Source: Candidatus Heimdallarchaeota archaeon (lineage in GTDB: Archaea; Asgardarchaeota; Heimdallarchaeia; Hodarchaeales; Hodarchaeaceae). From it: a DNA stretch of 64,000 bases. The DNA lies in the NCBI GenBank assembly GCA_020353515.1, contig CP070695.1:1271637-1335636 (forward strand), in the 5' to 3' direction. A program made the translations under genes and the position numbers. The first letter of the stretch is position 1, and each line of letters opens with the position of its first letter. The notes under the pieces are model-generated. The model was not told the DNA's origin and ran no database searches. It saw only the letters and a program-made list of their open reading frames with translations. Shown here piece by piece: positions 27,840 through 37,982 of this stretch.

Positions 27840-30101
27840 CTGTCTCAGGGCCATACCCAGAGTTATCAAAGAACGCTTTTCCTTTTTAAGAATGAAAATG
27901 AAGCCAATTCTATTTTATCAGAGTTTCTACAATATTGCTTAGAAATAAAATATACAGATCTAACTGGATTGATCATATTAGCTGATAAACTAAACCAGTC
28001 AGAAATTCCTCAAAGCCTAAATAATTTTTTGCCATTACTTAATGGTGTCAAAAGGATAAATTCTCGTGAAATTTCTACTATATTAGGCCAAACTGTGGAT
28101 TTCCTTTTTATAGACCTACGTGAAGATTTTGTTCCTAATAAGATAAATATCCTATTGGAAGCTGTTCGTGGAGGTGGTGTGATTTTTATTCTTGGTCTTC
28201 CTTATTCTGAATGGATTTACTCAGTCAATCAGAAGCAGGATTCCATTGAGAAAGGATCTTCTACAGAGATAAAAAGAAGAAAATCTATCTTCTTAAGTTG
28301 GTTTTATGAGAATCTTAAGAATAATACGCAATGTAATACCAAAAAAGTTTGTTCTACTGAAGTCATTGCCAGCTTCAAGCCAATGCCATATAACATTAAT
28401 CTAGCAGCTCATATCAAGGATATTCTTGTTACGATTGAACAAAAAAAGGTGATTAACGGCCTTAATGACATTTTTTTTGATTCTACAAATTCTAATAGCT
28501 GTACCACTTTGTTAGCTAATAGGGGAAGAGGAAAATCGGCTTCTATAGGACTATTTATTTCTCAAGTTCTTTCAAAAATAAGTAAACGTACATTCACAGC
28601 AACAATCTCTTCTCCCCATCCAACAAATGTTCAAGTACTATTTGATTTTCTTTCAAGAGGTTTAATCTCAGAAAACATTAAGTTTCGTAAAATCAAACAA
28701 GAGGGTTTGGTTTCTGGAATATACACTTCATCTAATTCTAATTCAAAAATTACATATATTTGGCCGAGCGAAATAAAAACTAATTTAAAAACTGATTTAT
28801 TTGTTGTTGATGAAGCAGCAGCAATACCTATAGAAATTTTGAAGAAAATTACAAAAATAAGCGCCAAAAAAATATTTTTATCAACAATTCATGGGTATGA
28901 AGGAGCAGGAAGAGGTTTCCAACACAAATTTCTTCATTACTTAAGAAAGCAGAAACAGATCAATTATATAGAGTACAATTTAACTCAACCAATAAGATAT
29001 ATGAAAGGAGATTCTATAGAGAAGCTGCTAAATCATACCTTTCTTTTGGATGTTGAACTAGAACCGTTAAAAGTTGATTCTCGATCCATCGAGAGAAATA
29101 CATTAAAATTGCAAGTGCATAAGGATCCAAAATACTTGTTTTCAAAGGATGGACTACCCCACCTCAAACAACTCTTCAGTCTACTAATTTATGCACATTA
29201 TCGAAATCAACCAAACGATTTAATAGTGCTAGCTGATTCAGGAAAACACTTTCTAGCTGGTGTTTATGGAAAAGATAATCAAAAAAACGAATTATTATTG
29301 GTGTCCAGTCAATTAGCTGAAGAGGGGATGATGAAAAGTGAAGAGATTCAAGAAATTACTTCTGGTAAATTTATAAAAGGAAACCTCATCTCAACTATTT
29401 CCATACGTCATTTTTCAGAGAAATTAGCTAAATTACGTGGCTTAAGAGTTGTTAGAATAGCTGTTCATCCAAGTTTAATCGATAAAGGATTTGGACGTTT
29501 AGCTATAGAGCTGCAAGATCAAATCTTTTCATCTTATGAATGGATTGGTGTTAGTTATGGTGCAACAGTTAAACTAATGAAATTCTGGAGGAAATTTAAT
29601 TTCGTTTCAGTCCATATTCGCCCGATCAAAACATTGGAAACGGGTGAATGGAATATTATTGTGATACGACCATTAGGGCCTTCCGCTAAGGACATTATTA
29701 GTCAAGCTTCTGCTGATTTTCTTTTACAGTTTATAGCTTTACTCAAACAATCAATACATTCAATGAAACCAGAATTAGTCGTCCAAATTCTCAAGAGTTG
29801 CAATCCTATTCCTGATTATAAGCCTAAAATTACCTCTAGTGGTACTATCAGGTTAAAGAATTATTTAAAAGGGCATTTGAACTTTTTACTTGCAGTAGAT
29901 GTAATATATGAGTTAACTGTAAAATATTTTGTATCACCACAGACAATCAAACTCAGTCCAAGTCAAGAAGCATTATTAATTACTCGTATCCTTCAAGGAA
30001 GGACATGGGGTCAAACATTAAGCAAAACAGGGTTAAAATGGAAAACAGCTAATAGTTTACTAGAGAAAGCTGTTGCTAAAATCGCACAAGAGTATTTTTA
30101 A
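27840..30101 (+). CDS. tmcA: RNA cytidine acetyltransferase TmcA/NAT10
   Basis: ANRGRGKS, DEAAAIP, STIHGYEGAGRGF, AHYRNQPNDL, RIAVHP. Frame extends from TTG 27969 back to CTG 27840; start uncertain. Confidence 0.88.
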   Translation: MSQGHTQSYQRTLFLFKNENEANSILSEFLQYCLEIKYTDLTGLIILADKLNQSEIPQSLNNFLPLLNGVKRINSREISTILGQTVDFLFIDLREDFVPNKINILLEAVRGGGVIFILGLPYSEWIYSVNQKQDSIEKGSSTEIKRRKSIFLSWFYENLKNNTQCNTKKVCSTEVIASFKPMPYNINLAAHIKDILVTIEQKKVINGLNDIFFDSTNSNSCTTLLANRGRGKSASIGLFISQVLSKISKRTFTATISSPHPTNVQVLFDFLSRGLISENIKFRKIKQEGLVSGIYTSSNSNSKITYIWPSEIKTNLKTDLFVVDEAAAIPIEILKKITKISAKKIFLSTIHGYEGAGRGFQHKFLHYLRKQKQINYIEYNLTQPIRYMKGDSIEKLLNHTFLLDVELEPLKVDSRSIERNTLKLQVHKDPKYLFSKDGLPHLKQLFSLLIYAHYRNQPNDLIVLADSGKHFLAGVYGKDNQKNELLLVSSQLAEEGMMKSEEIQEITSGKFIKGNLISTISIRHFSEKLAKLRGLRVVRIAVHPSLIDKGFGRLAIELQDQIFSSYEWIGVSYGATVKLMKFWRKFNFVSVHIRPIKTLETGEWNIIVIRPLGPSAKDIISQASADFLLQFIALLKQSIHSMKPELVVQILKSCNPIPDYKPKITSSGTIRLKNYLKGHLNFLLAVDVIYELTVKYFVSPQTIKLSPSQEALLITRILQGRTWGQTLSKTGLKWKTANSLLEKAVAKIAQEYF

Positions 30102-30129
30102 TGCGAATATTTGAATCTAAATCCGATTT

Positions 30130-30438
30130 CTACCGATCAAGAATAGTATCTAAGGAGAAGAGATTTGAGTCATTTTTTCCTGATAAAGCAGTTTCTACTC
30201 TTTCAGAAATTGTGAGACCGTTGTTAAAAGCGTATACACGATGTTTATCAATTTGAATAGCACAACAAACCAAATTCAACGAACATTTACCTTGATGATG
30301 ATAATCATCACCATTGAATGATAGACTCCCTTCATCACAATGACAGAGTTTGTTTAAAATAGATGTTGAGTCATTTATATTGACAGGTTTTGAAAGTTGA
30401 TTGAAGAATGATTGCCATGTGGTCATATAAAACAACAC
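30130..30438 (-). CDS. Hypothetical protein
   Basis: 102-aa ORF filling the gap; Cys/His-containing; no recognised motif. Confidence 0.4.
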   Translation of the reverse strand: MLFYMTTWQSFFNQLSKPVNINDSTSILNKLCHCDEGSLSFNGDDYHHQGKCSLNLVCCAIQIDKHRVYAFNNGLTISERVETALSGKNDSNLFSLDTILDR

Positions 30439-30932
30439 TTTCTATATTTTCAAGATTTTGACTAAGTAAGTGGACAAATAGAAATGTATCAAGTTGGTTT
30501 TAATAGAAAGATATTATACAGATGGTAACCATTATGAGATCTGTCCGATAAAAAGCTCAAATTGTAAAATTAATCCTTTTGTCGGATTGCTACAAATTTA
30601 ACTAAATTTAGGTTTATTTATCTAAAAATAGACTTTAACGAGTTTTTTGAATCATATCTCAAGAATAAGCCTTTTCTATGAGAATTACTTAAGATTTAGA
30701 AAATAAGAAAATATTCGACTAATGAGATAAATGGCGTAATTAGTAGTGGTTTTTTTTTGAGAACTTCAGTTGAAGTGATCAGGTAATAGAAAGAAGAAGA
30801 TAATCAATATTAAAAAGCAGTTTCTTACTCATTATAGGTTTAATGAATACCGAAAACGAAATCTATTTACAAGGATCCAAAATAAAAAATGTGAAGACAA
30901 TGTACCATTAAGCTACGATCTTAACTCCTTGG

Positions 30933-32252
30933 GTGATAGTTATGAACGGAGAAAGTCTTTTTTTGATAATTATCGTATTGATTGTTATAATCATTATTAT
31001 TATCACCACGAGGAAAGGTTCTGCAAAACACGTTCAAAGAGCATACGAATTAGAACAACAAGGAAAATATATTGATGCCCTTGATTATTTTGCACGTGAT
31101 TCATTAGAACAAGCAGCAAATTTAGTATTAAGAACTCCTGAAGCTTCGCAAGTTCTGGTTTTACGTCGCCTAGAAAAGAAATATTCTCCTAAACAAATTG
31201 AAAAGATATTTCTCCAGTTAGCTCGAACTAATATGGAGAGTAATGATCCACATGCTGCTGCTTCAGCCTTTGTATTAGCGAGAAAACCATTCGCTGCTGC
31301 CAAAGTATATATTGATTCAGGAACTTTAGAGGATATTCCTGCTGCGATACAGATCGTTGATCGAAATATTTCACTTATTCATAATCGAGATCAAGCCATT
31401 CGTAATTTAGCAAGACATGCGTATAATATTCAAAAATATGTAAAAGCAGCAGAGCTTTTACGTACAATTGGAGCAGATGAGGAAGCCAATGCAGTATTAA
31501 TTGCAGCTGCTACAGAAATGAAAAAACAAGGACGAATTGATGAAGCTGAACACTTTCTGACAACTATACGTAGGCCAACCATTGCTATAGAGCATTATTT
31601 ACAGGAAGTTAAAAATAACCTCAAGCAAGGCAACATTGAGAAAATGAGAAGAGCCCTATCTGTTGCTAAAGATATTGTTGAAAAACTACCATCAGAGGAA
31701 AAAGATTCCATTAAAGATGATTTTAACTCCTTAATAAATACAATAACAGAGTATGATCGTCTTTTAAAAATACTAGATTCAGCACGAGATATATTACGAA
31801 AAAAGAATACCAATCAAGCAATAGCTCTCTATGATGAGCTATTAGAAAGTCTTGGAGAAGAGGCTCCAACTCCTATTTTGGCAGAAGCCGCTTTAGCAAA
31901 TGAAGAGAAAGATCCGCAATATGCTTCAAAATTATTTCACAGGGCTGCTCTGCAAGCGCAATCCCCTCGGGCTGCAGAATCGTTCAAATTACGAGCCAAA
32001 AAATTAGAAATTATAACAGAAGGCCACTTCCCCCAAGCGGAAAGAACAGTAGTTGATTTTGACACAGAGGTTGAAGAATTTTGTAGTGTGTGTCGAATGA
32101 GGATTTCTGAACCATCAAATCTCGTACGCTGTCCTGATTGTGGATCTCCAGCTCATTATTCACATCTTGCTGAGTGGTTGAAGATAAGAGGACATTGTCC
32201 TATCTGTAAGAAAAGAATAAAGATCCAGAGGCCAAAAAATGTCACATTCTAG
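30933..32252 (+). CDS. Membrane-anchored alpha-solenoid (TPR-like) protein with C-terminal RING finger
   Basis: N-terminal TM; Ala-rich helical repeats; CSVC...CPDCGSPAHYSHLAEWL...CPIC. Confidence 0.8.
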   Translation: MIVMNGESLFLIIIVLIVIIIIIITTRKGSAKHVQRAYELEQQGKYIDALDYFARDSLEQAANLVLRTPEASQVLVLRRLEKKYSPKQIEKIFLQLARTNMESNDPHAAASAFVLARKPFAAAKVYIDSGTLEDIPAAIQIVDRNISLIHNRDQAIRNLARHAYNIQKYVKAAELLRTIGADEEANAVLIAAATEMKKQGRIDEAEHFLTTIRRPTIAIEHYLQEVKNNLKQGNIEKMRRALSVAKDIVEKLPSEEKDSIKDDFNSLINTITEYDRLLKILDSARDILRKKNTNQAIALYDELLESLGEEAPTPILAEAALANEEKDPQYASKLFHRAALQAQSPRAAESFKLRAKKLEIITEGHFPQAERTVVDFDTEVEEFCSVCRMRISEPSNLVRCPDCGSPAHYSHLAEWLKIRGHCPICKKRIKIQRPKNVTF

Positions 32253-32264
32253 AAATCAGGTTTT

Positions 32265-33047
32265 TTAAGAATTTTTATTTTCAGATGAAGAATAAAACTT
32301 TCTAGCATACATTAAGCGTTGAAATGCAGAAATGTTAGACATTATTCCAATGATTAACACAATTAACCCTAGAATACCAAAATGAAAAAACCACCATTCC
32401 CCTATGCCTATGAAATTCTCAATGATTAATATTTCAGCTAAACATCCTATTGATAATACAGTTATTTTCTCTTTACGTTCAAAAATTCCTGTGGTGGAAT
32501 CCATGCTTAAACCACCACGTTTTTCTGCAGTTGATCTAATATAACTAGCTAATATCATACCTTCAAAACAGAAAAAGACCCATTCTGGATAGACATATCC
32601 CCCGATCAAAATTCCAAGTAAAAAGAAAAATTCCGAAACACGATCTAATGTGCGATCAAGTAGGGCCCCAAAATGCCCTGCTATGCCTTTTGCTCGGGCT
32701 AAACTCCCATCTAACATGTCAAGGAGAGATGAACATCCGAGTAAAAGTGTTCCTATCAACAACCCTAAACTTGATCCTATAGTAGGGCCTGACGCATATG
32801 CAGCACAACTGAGGATGCTTGCACTAACACTCATGATGGAAATCATATTCGGAGTAATCCCTGTTTTTGCAAGAAATCTCCCAAATGGTGCAAAAAAAGA
32901 TTCATATCGTTTTCTCAATTTCTTGGGAGGTTTAGACGTCTCCAACCTATTAACACATTCCGAAATCAAAAATTGAAGGTAATCTATACAACTTTCTTTA
33001 ATGTGATAAATTTTTTGAAAATACAATGACATTTTACAATTAACCAC
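32265..33047 (-). CDS. CDP-alcohol phosphatidyltransferase (archaetidylinositol phosphate synthase-like)
   Basis: TPNMIS, DMLDGSLARAKG...GALLDRTLDR signature. True start is probably later (TTG ~32945). Confidence 0.85.
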   Translation of the reverse strand: MVNCKMSLYFQKIYHIKESCIDYLQFLISECVNRLETSKPPKKLRKRYESFFAPFGRFLAKTGITPNMISIMSVSASILSCAAYASGPTIGSSLGLLIGTLLLGCSSLLDMLDGSLARAKGIAGHFGALLDRTLDRVSEFFFLLGILIGGYVYPEWVFFCFEGMILASYIRSTAEKRGGLSMDSTTGIFERKEKITVLSIGCLAEILIIENFIGIGEWWFFHFGILGLIVLIIGIMSNISAFQRLMYARKFYSSSENKNS

Positions 33048-33161
33048 ATACAGTCACAATAATATACATTAATCCTCATATCTTATCTTTATATTACGAG
33101 GCACGATTTCAATTGAATTGGAGAGTTTTCTCTTAAATTATCTAGCATAGGAAGAAATTTT

Positions 33162-33971
33162 GTGGAAGTCATTGAGAAACAACTGAGAAAAATCATTGGA
33201 GAACAACGAAAAACCAGTTCCGTGGGCCTACTTTACAGTGGAGGATTGGATTCATCAATAATTGCCAAAATCATGGTTTCATTGATGGAATCACCCTCTA
33301 TTAATCTGCTTTCTGTTGGATTAAGTGATTGTTATGATATGAAGAATGCTACCTTGGGATCTACAGAACTAGGGATAAATTTACATAAATATGTCCTCAC
33401 AGAAAAGAGGGTACTGAAAGCAATCCGAAGTTTAAAACAATTGAATGTTATTCCTCATCCTGTTGCCCTTTCAATCGCAATTCCAATATTCTTAGGAATG
33501 CAAAAATTAGTAAATGACTATGAGGTAAAAACTATCTTTCTTGGTCAAGGAGCTGATGAGCTTTTTGGGGGTTATCAGAAATATGTAGAGCTGTACAAGA
33601 ACAAAGGAGTGGAGGAAACAGAAAAAGCAATGATCAATGACTTGCTATCTTTACAAAATGATCAAATCATTAGAGAACGAAAAATAGCAAATCATTTTGG
33701 CGTACATCTCATATATCCATTCCTAGATTCATGTATAATAAAGCGGGCGCAATATTATCCTGTCACCACTCACATTGTACAAACACACCAGGGGAAGTTC
33801 ATTAGAAAAGCTTTACTACGAAAATTAGCACACAAAATAGGTTTATCGAAGAATGTAACTGAACAACCCAAAAAAGCTATTCAGTATGGATCAGGAACAG
33901 TGAAATTACTTAGAAGGATTGCCAAATCAAATAATCAAAATGTCTCAGAGTGGTTTGAAAGTAGTTTTTAA
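33162..33971 (+). CDS. Asparagine synthetase C-terminal (ATP pyrophosphatase) domain protein, no glutaminase domain
   Basis: YSGGLDSS, GQGADELFGGY, YPFLD, RKALLR, KKAIQYGSG. Confidence 0.85.
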   Translation: MEVIEKQLRKIIGEQRKTSSVGLLYSGGLDSSIIAKIMVSLMESPSINLLSVGLSDCYDMKNATLGSTELGINLHKYVLTEKRVLKAIRSLKQLNVIPHPVALSIAIPIFLGMQKLVNDYEVKTIFLGQGADELFGGYQKYVELYKNKGVEETEKAMINDLLSLQNDQIIRERKIANHFGVHLIYPFLDSCIIKRAQYYPVTTHIVQTHQGKFIRKALLRKLAHKIGLSKNVTEQPKKAIQYGSGTVKLLRRIAKSNNQNVSEWFESSF

Positions 33972-34008
33972 CCTGAAAATAAGAGTTTACTAGATAACCA
34001 AGTTAAAA

Positions 34009-35085
34009 TTACTTATTTGAACGTGATAATATAGTGGCAGAGCTTTTCGGATCTATTTGTACAATCAAATCATTAACTGGATTTATTACATGATATGAAC
34101 CTTTTTTTAAATCAGATATACAATCTGAAATCTCATTATCCGTATAGCGAATCGAGAAGTGAATAGGTATCAATACTTTTAGATTAGATAATTTATTTGC
34201 TTCAAATATTAAAGATTTGATATCTGAATGCGAATCTAGATGATACCCTTCTTCTTGTGTAAGATAAGTGGATTCATGAATCAAAATATGACAATCTGAA
34301 AAAAATTTGAAAAGTTCTAAATCCACATGAGTATCGCCTGAATAGCACATAATAGTTTTATTTTCAAAAAAAATGTCAGAACGTGAAATTTTTCGACCCC
34401 CTACCCTGATCGAGCTTTTACTTTTTTCTATTTGCTTCAGTGTTCTATTAAAAGGTATACCTAATTCTTTTGCTTTTTCAACCTTCAATTTTGTTATCTT
34501 AAATTCGAATTTATAAGCAAAAGATCCAAAAAGAAGATGATTATTCTTTTGAGCTGATAAAGTGTATCCAGAATCGAGTTCAATTTCCTCACCGTTCTTT
34601 ATAATTTTAATTTGTACAACGGCTCTTACTGTTTCCCCCACTTCTATTGTGAGTAATCGATAGAAAAATTCGTCGTCTGGTAATATTGAATCCATATTCG
34701 TGTCATTAAAACTCTTCTTCATACGTATCTGAAAAGGGACGGTAGAATCTTTAGGAATAATAATTATTAATGGTTTATCTGTCCTTTTTTCTTTTTCTAA
34801 CAACATTATACGATGTATTATATGAGCTAATCCTCCCCAATGATCGAAATGAAGATGAGATAAAATAATATGTGTAATTTTTCCAAAAGTTGGTTTTCCT
34901 AAAGCGATAAGTTGGGAATTTGCCTTTGACCTCGATTTTTCTATCCAAGACTGTTGGAATTTATGAAAAGCTTGAACTATTTCTGAAGGGCATTCAAACA
35001 AAAAACGATTGTCTACTAGGAATGAAACTGTTGCTACCTCGGCTGTTGGTACTGTACCTCTTGAGCCAATCAAACCGATGATCAT
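34009..35085 (-). CDS. rnz: Ribonuclease Z
   Basis: GSRGTVP, SHLHFDHWGG, exosite KAKELGIP, YSGDT, HESTY, HS, HFSIRY. Confidence 0.85.
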   Translation of the reverse strand: MIIGLIGSRGTVPTAEVATVSFLVDNRFLFECPSEIVQAFHKFQQSWIEKSRSKANSQLIALGKPTFGKITHIILSHLHFDHWGGLAHIIHRIMLLEKEKRTDKPLIIIIPKDSTVPFQIRMKKSFNDTNMDSILPDDEFFYRLLTIEVGETVRAVVQIKIIKNGEEIELDSGYTLSAQKNNHLLFGSFAYKFEFKITKLKVEKAKELGIPFNRTLKQIEKSKSSIRVGGRKISRSDIFFENKTIMCYSGDTHVDLELFKFFSDCHILIHESTYLTQEEGYHLDSHSDIKSLIFEANKLSNLKVLIPIHFSIRYTDNEISDCISDLKKGSYHVINPVNDLIVQIDPKSSATILSRSNK

Positions 35086-35165
35086 TCACTATCTACTCCA
35101 CATAAACAACTTCTTAGCAGAAAAACAAAAATGTGGCATAAATTTGAATATATTAATTAAAAAAA

Positions 35166-35234
35166 CTATCTGGTTCTTCGGCGTTCTTTACGCTTTCTTT
35201 TTCTCAGACGTTTCTTTTTCCATTTCTTTCTCAT
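35166..35234 (-). CDS. rpl41e: Ribosomal protein eL41 (eS32), 22 aa; not in ORF track
   Basis: Hand translation MRKKWKKKRLRKRKRKERRRTR*, matching the eL41 pattern MRxKWxKKRxRxxKRK. Confidence 0.88.
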   Translation of the reverse strand: MRKKWKKKRLRKRKRKERRRTR

Positions 35235-35252
35235 AGTTGTTCACTCATTTGA

Positions 35253-35681
35253 TTATTGGATCCTGTTAAGAATTTCCTCTAACCAAGCTTTGAATTTTCC
35301 TTTTGGAGTTACCCCTGTGCGTTGATTGAATTTGTTTCCAGCGTTAAACACCATGAAAGTAGGAACAGAGAAAATTCGGTATTTTGTTGCTGCTTGTGGA
35401 TTGTGATCAGTGTTGATCTTCACAAAAAGAATCCGATTAACAAATTCGTGACTTAATTCCTCGTAAATAGGACCCATAACTTGACAAGGTTTACACCATG
35501 CATCTGCAGAAAAATCTACTAGGACTGGAATAGGAGACGATTGAATAATTTCATCAATATTCGCATCATTGACTATCGTGATACCATCACGATTGACCTT
35601 GTCAAAAAATAAAGCTCTTTTTTGCAGAGATGATGCCTTCTTTCTAAGGATTTCTTGGATTTCAGGATCAGAATCGGTCAT
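35253..35681 (-). CDS. trxA: Thioredoxin
   Basis: LVDFSADAWCKPC, IFSVPTF. Confidence 0.9.
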   Translation of the reverse strand: MTDSDPEIQEILRKKASSLQKRALFFDKVNRDGITIVNDANIDEIIQSSPIPVLVDFSADAWCKPCQVMGPIYEELSHEFVNRILFVKINTDHNPQAATKYRIFSVPTFMVFNAGNKFNQRTGVTPKGKFKAWLEEILNRIQ

Positions 35682-36094
35682 TTAATAATTTCATTCTCCT
35701 AGTGTGTCACGAATGGCCCAAACTAATTGGGTCACTCCAATTTATCCGAGAGGAGGAAGCCTTAAAAATATTTCATCATCCCTAATTTGAGGAAGAAGTC
35801 TTCTCATGATGTTCATAAAAATAGAGTGTTAATCGGTTCTATATTGCCGAAGTAAAAACTTTGATAAAGGGATTATACTCATTCAAAATAACCATTAATA
35901 GACTGGATTCACGTGATCGTTTGAACTAAGAAGTAAAGGTCTTGGTAAATACCAAAGGGGTTCCATTTTCAAATATAATCTACTTAACAGTTTGAAACAT
36001 TCTAGAAGTTTTCACGAAGAATTAGGTATCTATAAATCTCAAAATAAACCTGGATGATAGCACATACGTTAATTTTAATAGCGGAGGAATCCTT

Positions 36095-36955
36095 ATTACA
36101 AAAATATTAATTGGAATACCAGTATATAATGAACAAGCTTACCTCTCTAAATGTATAAGTTCTCTTTACGAATTTATTAATATGGAATGCCAAGATTATG
36201 AAATTTCCGTTTTATTGGTGGATGATGGAAGTACGGATCAATCTCAAGAAATATATGAGAAATCCTTAGCTGAAATATATCCTCTTGATTATACTCGTCA
36301 CAGCAGCGGTCCTCTTGGTTATGGTAGAACTATATTAACTCTATTTCAGAGAGCGAAAATTGATTATGACATTTTGATCACTTTCGACGCGGATCTTCAG
36401 CATGCTCCATTTAGTATAAAGGATATAATTGAAAATTTTGAAGATAATTCTCAAATCACCCTAGTATCAACTAGCCGTTATCTTTCATACCGCTTTTGGA
36501 AACAGAACACGAAAGTACCAATAGATAGATACATTACCAATATGTTAATGACAAAAACAATTAACGAATGCTTTAATCTTGATCTTACTGACTGTTTTTG
36601 TGGATTAAAAGGTTATAAGACAGAGATTCTTCCAACGAATCTTGATGAAACAGGATATGCTTTTCCCCTTGTTTTTTGGCATTATGTCTTCCAAAATAGA
36701 TTGAAGATCAAAGAAATTGAAACTCCTATAATATATAGATTAGACCGACGTGCTCGGGGTGAATGGAAACAAAGGCTAGAAGAATATTATATGAAACTAG
36801 AAACACTTGTTTCATCAACAGAGCTTAAACGTATAATTAAGCAAGATTATCAAAAAGCACTAGAACAAATGAATGATCTGATAAATCACTTTGAAAACTC
36901 TCCAATATGCACTTATCAAGATTTTATCAAAAGAAATCAGACAGATCATCAATAA
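36095..36955 (+). CDS. Family 2 glycosyltransferase (DPM1-like)
   Basis: ITKILIGIPVYNE lies in-frame upstream of the ORF-track ATG; VDDGSTD, DADLQH, TDCFCGLKGY. Proposed ATT start. Confidence 0.85.
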   Translation: MTKILIGIPVYNEQAYLSKCISSLYEFINMECQDYEISVLLVDDGSTDQSQEIYEKSLAEIYPLDYTRHSSGPLGYGRTILTLFQRAKIDYDILITFDADLQHAPFSIKDIIENFEDNSQITLVSTSRYLSYRFWKQNTKVPIDRYITNMLMTKTINECFNLDLTDCFCGLKGYKTEILPTNLDETGYAFPLVFWHYVFQNRLKIKEIETPIIYRLDRRARGEWKQRLEEYYMKLETLVSSTELKRIIKQDYQKALEQMNDLINHFENSPICTYQDFIKRNQTDHQ

Positions 36956-37049
36956 TTTATCTTTCAGTTGTTGAACCTCTCAAAAAAAAATAGAAGTGGA
37001 ATATCTCTTTAATGAATTGCTTAATATTGAAATAGTAATAAAATGAAAA

Positions 37050-37185
37050 AGCCGCTGGTGGGATTTTCCTATAGAATTCCTCTGAATCCTATAACTTGAA
37101 CCCACGGCCAACAGATCTCTCGGGCTTCTCTCGCAATAGATATGGCCTTACGAGTCTGTCGCTCTACCAACTAAGCCACAGCGGC
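37050..37185 (-). tRNA. tRNA-Thr(CGT) with two introns: 37/38 (37117-37148, 32 nt) and T-loop 59/60 (37064-37094, 31 nt)
   Basis: Removing both gives a 73-nt cloverleaf. Canonical BHB ACAGA-CTCG-TAA-GGC/GCC-CGAG-AGA-TCTGT; relaxed BHB in the T arm. Confidence 0.92.
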
Positions 37186-37687
37186 TAATTTTGTGCAAGA
37201 TGTATAAATTAGAATAGTATTTAGTCAATAAAGATTCATACAAGTTAGTAGTATTAATTTTTCTTCGTTTGCTCATATTTAAAACTATTTTATATTAGCC
37301 TTTACATGTTCTACTTTGAGCGATACTCAAAGTAGGTGTGCTTTATTAGACTTTTCTCTATTTACAATGACCTTTTCAGTATTTTGATGTTTAAATTGGA
37401 AATAACAGAACTTTTATAAAAATCATGACGTGTAAATTCTAAATTTGAACAAAATTAAACTTTTATAGATTAAATAATGCCTTAACTGATTCAAAATACA
37501 TTAAAATCGTTTTTTAAAAATTTTACAATGAAAGTAGCTTTTGAAGAATCATCGAGAAGGTTAAAAAGCCTATTCAAAAAAGTCTAAAAATGAATTAAAG
37601 CAGAAATGTAGGCATTTTTCCATTATCTCACTTGGGATTTTTGCTTAATTTTAATTTAAGTCTATTATTCAAAAGAAGGAATCATAA

Positions 37688-37966
37688 ATGGCTGCGATTG
37701 AAGTAGGCCGGGTAATTGTAAAGACCGCTGGTCGCGAAGCGCTGAGGAAAGCCGTTATTGTAGATCTTGTTGATCAAAATTTTGCTTTGATATCTGGAGC
37801 AGGAATATCTCCAGTGAAAAGACGACGATGTAATATCAAACATCTTCGTCCTCTTGATCTCAGCGTCCCAATAAAACGTGGAGCGAAAGATGAAGACATC
37901 GCTAAAGCAATTGATAAAGCAAATATCGTGAATGAGATAAAAACTCCATTAAAGCTCACACTTTGA
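37688..37966 (+). CDS. rpl14e: Ribosomal protein eL14
   Basis: AIEVGRVIVKTAGREA...VDLVDQNFALISG...VKRRRCNIKHL. Confidence 0.95.
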   Translation: MAAIEVGRVIVKTAGREALRKAVIVDLVDQNFALISGAGISPVKRRRCNIKHLRPLDLSVPIKRGAKDEDIAKAIDKANIVNEIKTPLKLTL

Positions 37967-37982
37967 TAGATCAATTCGATGG

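Noticed and set aside
35711-35737. Hairpin GAGTGACCCAA/TTGGGCCATTC in the trxA leader (minus strand)
   Set aside because: Single stem-loop, no riboswitch or SECIS features recognised; probably a simple 5' stabiliser.
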